DNA from: Minisyncoccota bacterium
GTDB lineage: Bacteria; Patescibacteriota; Minisyncoccia; Phycocordibacterales; UBA9973
DNA length: 64,000 nucleotides
Assembly (NCBI GenBank): GCA_041658325.1
Contig: JBBAAI010000002.1
Coordinates: 20,409 to 84,408, forward strand
Reading direction: 5' to 3'
Shown piece by piece: positions 57,534 to 64,000 of this stretch. The stretch's first letter is position 1; every line of letters starts with the position of its first letter. A program made the translations under genes and the position numbers. A model generated the notes under the pieces. The model ran no database searches. It was not told the DNA's origin and worked only from the letters and a program-made list of their open reading frames with translations.

Positions 57534-58413
57534 ATTTTTTCTGAAATTTATTAGCAATGATTGTATAGCATAACTGCGCAGCACTGTATTCGGTAAGCAC
57601 AGAGTCGGGGATAGGAGAAACTTCCACGATGTCAGCACCAATCAGATTAAATTTTTTGATTAATTTTTCAATCAATTTTACTCCATATTTCCATTTCAGA
57701 CCATCTGGAACAGGAGTGCCAGTGCCGGGCATAACACTCGGATCAAATCCATCTATATCAATAGTTAAATACACATATTTTGTTTTAATATTTTTTAATA
57801 TTTTTTCTATTTTTGGTTTATCTCGAAGGCCCCATTCAAAAACTTTTATATTATTTTTTTTATCACTAAAATATTCATATTCCTCCTTCGAATAAGTACG
57901 AATGCCAACTTGTACTATTTTATAACCTAGTTTACTCGCATGTCGCATTACTGTAGAATGCGCAAAATCTGAGGGGTTTTTACTGTAATCGCTATCGTTT
58001 TCTCGTAAATCACAATGCGCATCTATTTGCAAAATGGTGACATCTTTAGGTTTATATTTTTTAGCGAGTGCTTGGAAAACTCCAATGGATACAGAATGTT
58101 CGCCACCTAAAAGAAAAATAAATTTATTTTTTTCTAAAAGTTCTATAGCGTTATTTTTTATTTTTTCCACCATTTGGGTAGGTGATAGTTTTGCTAAGTT
58201 ATCTAAATATAGATGTGCAATTTTTACAAAATCATTAACTTCAACTCTAAATTTACGACCAAAAAATTCTATCTGAGTATCCAGATATTCAGCAACTTTT
58301 TCTGGGCCCCAAACAGTGCCTTTGCGTAAGGAAGCAGTTTTTTCATATGGAGCTGATACCAATATTACATCCGCCTTATCTAAATTTTTTTCATTGATGA
58401 TTGTTTTTATCAT
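57523..58413 (-). CDS. speB: Agmatinase (ureohydrolase family)
   Basis: GGEHS, DAHCD, DIDGFDP..PGTGTP. Confidence 0.9.
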   Translation of the reverse strand: MIKTIINEKNLDKADVILVSAPYEKTASLRKGTVWGPEKVAEYLDTQIEFFGRKFRVEVNDFVKIAHLYLDNLAKLSPTQMVEKIKNNAIELLEKNKFIFLLGGEHSVSIGVFQALAKKYKPKDVTILQIDAHCDLRENDSDYSKNPSDFAHSTVMRHASKLGYKIVQVGIRTYSKEEYEYFSDKKNNIKVFEWGLRDKPKIEKILKNIKTKYVYLTIDIDGFDPSVMPGTGTPVPDGLKWKYGVKLIEKLIKKFNLIGADIVEVSPIPDSVLTEYSAAQLCYTIIANKFQKKFKR

Positions 58414-58449
58414 AATAACAGACTAGCATTGTATATTTTTAATGCAAAT

Positions 58450-59808
58450 TTACGTTTTGCTTATTTTTTGTCCGCTTGCTGTATCCTTAACTTCATAACC
58501 AAGAGAATTTATTTTATCTCGCAACTCGTCGGATTTTTTAAAGTCTTTATTTGTTCGCGCTTGCTCTCGTTCTTTCGCAAGCCTTAAGATATCCCCTGGG
58601 ATTATTTCTTCTTTTAAATTTTCAAAACCCAGTCCCAACACTTTATCAAAATCCAAAATTGTAGCTTTTTTATCGGCGTTGGATATATTTTCATCTTTTA
58701 TTACATCCCAGAGAAGCGTCAGTGCCCGCGGAGTATCTAGATCATCTTCTAAATATTCTTTAAATTTGTTTTGGTATTCTTTATGAGTATGTCCGGTGGT
58801 ATCATTTCCAAGGCCTAAATAAAGGCTATAAAGGCGTTTTAAGGCTGTTTCAGCGCCTTCTAGGGCTTCCCAGACGAAGTTCACTCGAGTGCGGTAATTC
58901 GCCATTAAAAGCCAAAACCTGTAAACCAGAGGATCAATGTCTTTATCAATTAAATCTTTCAAGGTGTAAAAATTGTTGAAAGATTTAGCCATCTTTTTTT
59001 GATCCACTAGAACCCACTCATTGTGCATCCAATATTTTACAAATTGTTTACCAGTCGCACCTTCAGACTGAGCTATTTCATTTTCATGATGGGGAAATAT
59101 ATTATCCACTCCACCAGTATGTATATCTATTTGTTCTCCTAAGTTTTTCATAGACATCGCGGAACATTCAATGTGCCAACCAGGTCGTCCTTTGCCTAAT
59201 TCTGTATTCCAAAAAACTTCGCCATCTTTTTCATCCCAAGCTTTCCAAAGTGCAAAATCTTGCACATTTTCTTTTTCATATTCATCAGAGTTTATTCTGC
59301 CACCTGCGTTTTCTTTTTGTTCTTCCAAAACCAAATGAGAAAGCTTACCGTAATCTTTGAATTTTTTAATATCAAAATAAACTGAGCCATCTTTACTTTT
59401 ATAAGCGAGTTCTTTTTTCAAAAGATTCTCAATAATTTTTACCATTTCAGGAATATAATCAGTAGCCTTGGTAAATTTTGTTGGCTCTAATATGTTGAGA
59501 GATTTGATATCTTTTAAAAATTCTCCAGTATAAAATTCGGTGAACTCCTTAAGTGTCTTGCCTTCTTTTTGTGATTCACGGATAGTTTTATCGTCAATAT
59601 CCGTTATGTTCATTATGTGATGTACTTTGTACCCTTCATAAAGTAAAACTCTTTTTAAGATATCAGCAAAAATATATGCCCGATAATTTCCTATGTGTGG
59701 ATAATTATAAACTGTCGGCCCGCAAGAATAAAAACTAACTTCCGGAGGATTGGTCGGAGTAAAAACTTCTTTTTCTCGGTTTAGTGTGTTGTAAAATTTT
59801 AAAGCCAC
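58450..59808 (-). CDS. cysS: Cysteine--tRNA ligase
   Basis: CGPTVY..HIGN, GRPGWHIECS, FPHHENE, KMAKS. Confidence 0.98.
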   Translation of the reverse strand: MALKFYNTLNREKEVFTPTNPPEVSFYSCGPTVYNYPHIGNYRAYIFADILKRVLLYEGYKVHHIMNITDIDDKTIRESQKEGKTLKEFTEFYTGEFLKDIKSLNILEPTKFTKATDYIPEMVKIIENLLKKELAYKSKDGSVYFDIKKFKDYGKLSHLVLEEQKENAGGRINSDEYEKENVQDFALWKAWDEKDGEVFWNTELGKGRPGWHIECSAMSMKNLGEQIDIHTGGVDNIFPHHENEIAQSEGATGKQFVKYWMHNEWVLVDQKKMAKSFNNFYTLKDLIDKDIDPLVYRFWLLMANYRTRVNFVWEALEGAETALKRLYSLYLGLGNDTTGHTHKEYQNKFKEYLEDDLDTPRALTLLWDVIKDENISNADKKATILDFDKVLGLGFENLKEEIIPGDILRLAKEREQARTNKDFKKSDELRDKINSLGYEVKDTASGQKISKT

Positions 59809-59814
59809 TTTGTT

Positions 59815-60837
59815 TTAATTATTTTGTGTTTGTTTGAATTCTCCCTGGTATATTTCTGTTAAGGTGTAGAGCAAACTTACAGTAAGTGGTCCAATCAAAA
59901 CTCCTACAGGACCAAGAAGGGCTATACCACCCAATACAGAAAAAAGTATTAGAAATGGGGGAATCCTTATTTTGTTTCCTATAATATATGGAGTTAAAAA
60001 ATTATCAATTGTTCCAACTACAACTACAGACCATATCAAAAGACCGATTGCTGGAACAACATTGCCTGTTAAAAAAAGAAAAATGATCGCTGGCACAGAA
60101 ACAAGAGCAGTTCCTATCGAAGGGATGAGAGAAGTTATCGCCGCGACTACACCCCATATAGCTGCATTTTGTACACCAAAAATGGTAAGGCCGATTGCCA
60201 TTAGAATACCTTGAACTATCGCGATAAAAATAGTGCCTCTTATAACTCCATTTATAGCTCGTGAAAGTCTAGTGATTATTTTTTCGTCATCAGTATCTGA
60301 GAGAGGGCTTAATTTTAATAAAAACCTTTTCCATTTTTCTCCATCCTTTAGGAAATAAAAAATAGCCAAAAGCATTAAAACAAAAGAGAAAAGTAGGGAA
60401 GCAGTAGCACTAAATATATTTGCGAGATTACTTGTTAAGAAAGAAAGAAAACCGGAAATTTTTTCATTTATATCAAATGTCACACCTTCTGGTAAAAATT
60501 GATTTATTTTATCTCCGATTGAATTAATGAAAGGAAGAACATTTCCATTATTTACAACAGAGTAATATAAATTTTGTGATTGGTTAAATACAATAGTTCC
60601 GATAACAAAAAGTGGTATACAAAGCACTATGATAAAGAAGATTAAAGTTAAAAGAGAAGCAAACCAATTAGGTAAACGCTTTTTGGTGAACCAATTATAA
60701 ACAGGGTGTAGCATTATGGAAAAAGAAGCGCCTAAAACAAGTACCACCCAAAAAGGACGGAAAACTAAAAAAGTAAAAACAAAAGTAGCGAATAATAGCC
60801 CAAAGAAGAAATATCTTTCAATAATTTTTTGTTGCAT
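59815..60837 (-). CDS. AI-2E family transporter
   Basis: YFLKDG, DNFLTP, SVLGG..LG.VG..IGP; multi-TM. Confidence 0.9.
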   Translation of the reverse strand: MQQKIIERYFFFGLLFATFVFTFLVFRPFWVVLVLGASFSIMLHPVYNWFTKKRLPNWFASLLTLIFFIIVLCIPLFVIGTIVFNQSQNLYYSVVNNGNVLPFINSIGDKINQFLPEGVTFDINEKISGFLSFLTSNLANIFSATASLLFSFVLMLLAIFYFLKDGEKWKRFLLKLSPLSDTDDEKIITRLSRAINGVIRGTIFIAIVQGILMAIGLTIFGVQNAAIWGVVAAITSLIPSIGTALVSVPAIIFLFLTGNVVPAIGLLIWSVVVVGTIDNFLTPYIIGNKIRIPPFLILFSVLGGIALLGPVGVLIGPLTVSLLYTLTEIYQGEFKQTQNN

Positions 60838-60897
60838 ATAAGTTTAGTATAGCAAAAGCTTGCCTTTTTGTGAAATATCATATAATATAAGCCCAGT

Positions 60898-61233
60898 ATG
60901 AATAAAGCGAAGAAAGATGAATTTGCAGTTATATTTACTGGTGGTAAACAATATAAAGTCTCCGAGGGGGGCGTTGTTTCTATTGAGAAAATAAAAGGGG
61001 AATATAAAAAAGGGGATAAGCTTTCTTTTGATAAAGTATTGCTAGTGGATGATGGCAAAGATACCACTATCGGCACACCTTATATTAAGGGAGCAAAAGT
61101 GGATGCAGAGATCGTGGAAATCGGCCGTTCCCGAAAAGTGATGGTAGTAAAATATAAACAAAAATCTCGTTATCTAAAACGCAATGGCCACCGTCAGCCA
61201 TTTTTCAAAGTAAAAATTAGTTCTATAAAATAA
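60898..61233 (+). CDS. rplU: 50S ribosomal protein L21
   Basis: TGGKQYKV, GTPY, GHRQPF. Confidence 0.97.
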   Translation: MNKAKKDEFAVIFTGGKQYKVSEGGVVSIEKIKGEYKKGDKLSFDKVLLVDDGKDTTIGTPYIKGAKVDAEIVEIGRSRKVMVVKYKQKSRYLKRNGHRQPFFKVKISSIK

Positions 61234-61258
61234 AATCCCAATAAATGGGATTTTATTT
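61228..61258. terminator. Bidirectional terminator
   Basis: AAATAAAATCCCA-ATAAA-TGGGATTTTATTT. Confidence 0.85.
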
Positions 61259-61261
61259 TGT

Positions 61262-61609
61262 TTAAAAAAATATTGCAGAGAAGAATCCCAGAATACCTAG
61301 AATGAAACCGATTAATGCTCCAGTAGTTGGAAGTTGGTGCGTTACAAAATAATTAATGATCGGCTCAGAAATAAGAATTGAGGTTATGGATATGGCGCTC
61401 ACTATCCATATGTTTTTGAATGAACGCAAACCCAGCATGTATCCGAATAAAAGTAATATGCAGCCAATAATTATTATTGGTAAGGCTTTTAAAAAAATAT
61501 TAAAAAATTTTGCATTATCAAAAGAATAATATTTGGCGGCAACAACTTCTGCGAAAATAGCAAAAACTTCTCCTGTGAAAATTATTAATATGGTCAAAAA
61601 TTTGGACAT
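61262..61609 (-). CDS. Small four-TM protein (SMR/EamA-like)
   Basis: Four hydrophobic segments, Glu in TM1; start moved to 61609. Confidence 0.65.
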   Translation of the reverse strand: MSKFLTILIIFTGEVFAIFAEVVAAKYYSFDNAKFFNIFLKALPIIIIGCILLLFGYMLGLRSFKNIWIVSAISITSILISEPIINYFVTHQLPTTGALIGFILGILGFFSAIFF

Positions 61610-61610
61610 A

Positions 61611-62219
61611 TTATTGTCTATTTTTAAGTGCATTTTTGAGAGTGTCGTTGTCAGAATATTCTAATTCGGTGCCAGTGGAGAGACCCTTTCCGAGAGAGGA
61701 AATTTTTATATTTATTTTATCTGCAACTTCTTTTAATTGCTGACGCACATAAGTATCAGTATGGTCGCCTTGAGGGCTAATGGAAAAAGCCAAAATTATT
61801 TCTTTCAATTCTTTTTCACGCTTAATCTTTTCTTGTAATTCTAAAATGCGCACTCGGCTTTTGGTATTTTTTTCAACAATCGGAACAAGTCCACCCAAAA
61901 TAAAATATTTTCCATGATAAACTTTGCTTTTCCTGATACTTTCTAAGTCGGAATCTTTTTCCACGATCATCAGGGCAGAGGAGTCGGTGTGCTGATTAGT
62001 GCAAATATCACAAATCTTCTCGTTTTTGTTTAAAATAAAAAACCTAAAACATTCTTTGCATTGTGCTGTTTCTTTTTTTAAATCTTTTATCATTTCTGCT
62101 AAGTTTTCACCATAAGCAGGATTTCTCGCCATTAAAAAATAAACAAAGCGTTTCGCTTGCCTCTCTCCAATGCCCGGGAATTCTTTAAAAATTTCAGTTA
62201 ATTTATCTATAATATCCAT
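61611..62219 (-). CDS. recR: Recombination protein RecR
   Basis: PGIG.RQA.R, C4 zinc finger, Toprim, G.ELEY.D..TL. Confidence 0.95.
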   Translation of the reverse strand: MDIIDKLTEIFKEFPGIGERQAKRFVYFLMARNPAYGENLAEMIKDLKKETAQCKECFRFFILNKNEKICDICTNQHTDSSALMIVEKDSDLESIRKSKVYHGKYFILGGLVPIVEKNTKSRVRILELQEKIKREKELKEIILAFSISPQGDHTDTYVRQQLKEVADKINIKISSLGKGLSTGTELEYSDNDTLKNALKNRQ

Positions 62220-62231
62220 CTTTTTTCTTTT

Positions 62232-63638
62232 TTAAAATTCATCTAACTCGCCACCGATTTTTGATGGAGCAAATTCAGAGAGACTGCTCTTTTCAAGGTT
62301 GAGGAAGGTGGTAGTTTTTTCATCAAAGTATAATTCAATTTTTCCGGTCGGACCATTGCGGTGTTTTTCAATTAAGATTTCTGCAATGTTTGTTCTTTCA
62401 GATTCATCTTTCCCTTTATCTTCGCGGTGGATAAACATTACGACGTCTGCATCTTGTTCAATAGAACCAGAGTCTCGAAGATCGGAAAGGCGAGGCTTGC
62501 CACCACGAGATTCCACGGCGCGAGAAAGCTGAGAGAGTGCCAAAACTGGCACGTCTAATTCTTTTGCTAAACTCTTTAATGATCTTGAAATTTCGGTAAC
62601 TTGATTAACCATTGAGTCGTAACTCTTAGAAGTGGTCATGAGTTGTAGATAGTCAACAACGATAAGATCAAGTCCTTTTTCGGCTTTTATCCTACGAGAG
62701 AGAGCCTTCATTCTAACAATTGAATTTCCTGCCTGATCATCAATGTAAATTTTGGCTTTTGCTAGTTTGTCTAATGAGTCTCGAAGTAAAGAAAAATCTC
62801 GATCAGAAGAAAGACGTCCCGTACGCAAATTCCAAGCATTTACTCTGGATTCAGCGGAAAGCATTCTATCCACGAGTTGCTGGGAAGACATTTCTAGAGA
62901 AAATACTAAGATAGATTTTTCATGAATTACTCCAGCCATGCGGGCAATATCGAGAGCGAGAGTAGTCTTACCCATACTTGGTCTAGCGGCAAGAATAATT
63001 AAATCTGAATTTTGTAAACCAGAGAGCATGGTATCTAATTCTTTGAAACCTGTCGGTAGTCCGCGAAGCATTCCTTTGTTTTCGTGTAATTTTTCTAAGC
63101 GCTCATATGCTTCAGGTAAAGCATCTTTCAAGTTTACATATTTTTGATTTTTGGGAGAGGAAACGACACTGAAAACTTTCTTTTCCGCCATGTCTAAAAT
63201 ATCATCCATATGATCATCACCTTCTTCAAAAGCTAGTTCAGAAACATAATCGGCGGCTTCAATCAAACTTCGAAGTACGTATTTTTTCTGAACAATATCG
63301 GCGTAATGTTTGACATTGGTAGAAGAGGGAACCACATTCACAATCTCTGCGAGATATTGATTGCCTCCTACGCTATCAAGTAGTTTTTTTTCTTTAAGCT
63401 TGGTCGACAAAGAAAGCATGTCTATCGGTTCGTTTTTTACCGATAGGTCAAGCATTGCCCGAAAAATAATTTTATGTTTTTCAACATAAAAAGAATCAGG
63501 AGTTACCATATCTTCTACTTCGTGCATGGCTTCCTTACGAAGCATGATAGACCCTAAGACTGCTTGTTCAGAAGGAATACTTTGTGGAGGAATGCGTAAA
63601 TTATTACTTTTTGAATTAATTTTTCCTGACTTAACCAT
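62232..63638 (-). CDS. dnaB: Replicative DNA helicase DnaB (no intein)
   Basis: ARPSMGKT, DYLQL, SQLSR, DLRDSGSIEQDAD, KHRNGP. Confidence 0.98.
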   Translation of the reverse strand: MVKSGKINSKSNNLRIPPQSIPSEQAVLGSIMLRKEAMHEVEDMVTPDSFYVEKHKIIFRAMLDLSVKNEPIDMLSLSTKLKEKKLLDSVGGNQYLAEIVNVVPSSTNVKHYADIVQKKYVLRSLIEAADYVSELAFEEGDDHMDDILDMAEKKVFSVVSSPKNQKYVNLKDALPEAYERLEKLHENKGMLRGLPTGFKELDTMLSGLQNSDLIILAARPSMGKTTLALDIARMAGVIHEKSILVFSLEMSSQQLVDRMLSAESRVNAWNLRTGRLSSDRDFSLLRDSLDKLAKAKIYIDDQAGNSIVRMKALSRRIKAEKGLDLIVVDYLQLMTTSKSYDSMVNQVTEISRSLKSLAKELDVPVLALSQLSRAVESRGGKPRLSDLRDSGSIEQDADVVMFIHREDKGKDESERTNIAEILIEKHRNGPTGKIELYFDEKTTTFLNLEKSSLSEFAPSKIGGELDEF

Positions 63639-63730
63639 GGAGTTATTCTAACACGATGCGAAAATAGTCCAAGCGCTAAAATGCATAAAATGTTATTAAT
63701 ATGTGGACAAATATATGTTATTATAGAAAC

Positions 63731-64000
63731 ATGTCTAAAAAAGTATTTTTATCGGGCGTTCAACCGTCTGGGAAGCCACATATTGGCAATTATTTTGGGG
63801 CGATGAAACAATTTGTTGATTTACAGAACGAGCACGATGGTTATGTATTTATTGCCGATTATCACGCCTTGCACTCTCTTCGAAATCCAAAAGAAATGAA
63901 CGAAAATATTAAAGGTGTTTTGCTTGATTATTTAGCGATTGGTTTAGATCCGAAAAAGGTAACATTTTTTAAACAAAGCGATATTTCTGAGCACACCGAA
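63731..64000 (+). CDS. trpS: Tryptophan--tRNA ligase, 5' part truncated by the window edge
   Basis: MSKKVFLSGVQPSGKPHIGNYFGA..IADYHAL..GLDP..FKQS. Confidence 0.95.
   Translation, partial: MSKKVFLSGVQPSGKPHIGNYFGAMKQFVDLQNEHDGYVFIADYHALHSLRNPKEMNENIKGVLLDYLAIGLDPKKVTFFKQSDISEHTE

Noticed and set aside
59696-59704. Perfect DnaA box TGTGGATAA
   Set aside because: Lies within the conserved cysS YNYPHIGN coding motif; probably coincidental
8730-63147. Numerous antisense and alternate-frame ORFs in the track (e.g. 8730-9308, 12730-13314, 22299-22799, 43834-44268, 51226-51744)
   Set aside because: They overlap well-supported genes and show no recognisable motifs; typical shadow ORFs
1-64000. Alternative genetic code 25 (TGA=Gly) as in Gracilibacteria/SR1
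   Set aside because: Core genes are full-length under code 11 and infB ends in TGA at the expected position overlapping rbfA

Overview
AT-rich, gene-dense chromosomal segment. Gene content suggests a Patescibacteria/CPR genome, most likely Parcubacteria (Nomurabacteria-like; inference): shortened housekeeping proteins, a VirB2-like pilin array, an FtsA-like/baseplate-J-like pair and a PaaX/Cas2-like regulator. TGA is used as stop, consistent with code 11. Core genes: secA, murE/D/C, rpsA, gyrA, rbfA, infB, iscS-like, clpB, typA, mltG, mnmA, alaS, infA-rpmJ-rpsM-rpsK-rpsD-rpoA-rplQ-rplM-rpsI, grpE, dnaK, dnaJ, speB, cysS, rplU, recR, dnaB and partial trpS, plus 5 tRNAs. No rRNA, CRISPR array, transposase or integrase was seen. 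Main leads: (1) a dispersed T4SS-like system made of a 5-gene pilin array, twin VirD4/HerA-like ATPases between dnaK and dnaJ, and a separately encoded candidate anchor protein; (2) GC-rich palindromes sitting in frame in murC, infB, an ATPase and iscS; (3) a promoter- and terminator-bounded rod-shaped ncRNA candidate and a 23-aa Lys-rich microprotein upstream of secA; (4) pervasive leaderless architecture, with a -10 box exactly 6 nt before ATG; (5) GC-richer, SD-bearing islets, including possible DGR-target-like genes. All protein-family calls are by motif recognition, not database search.
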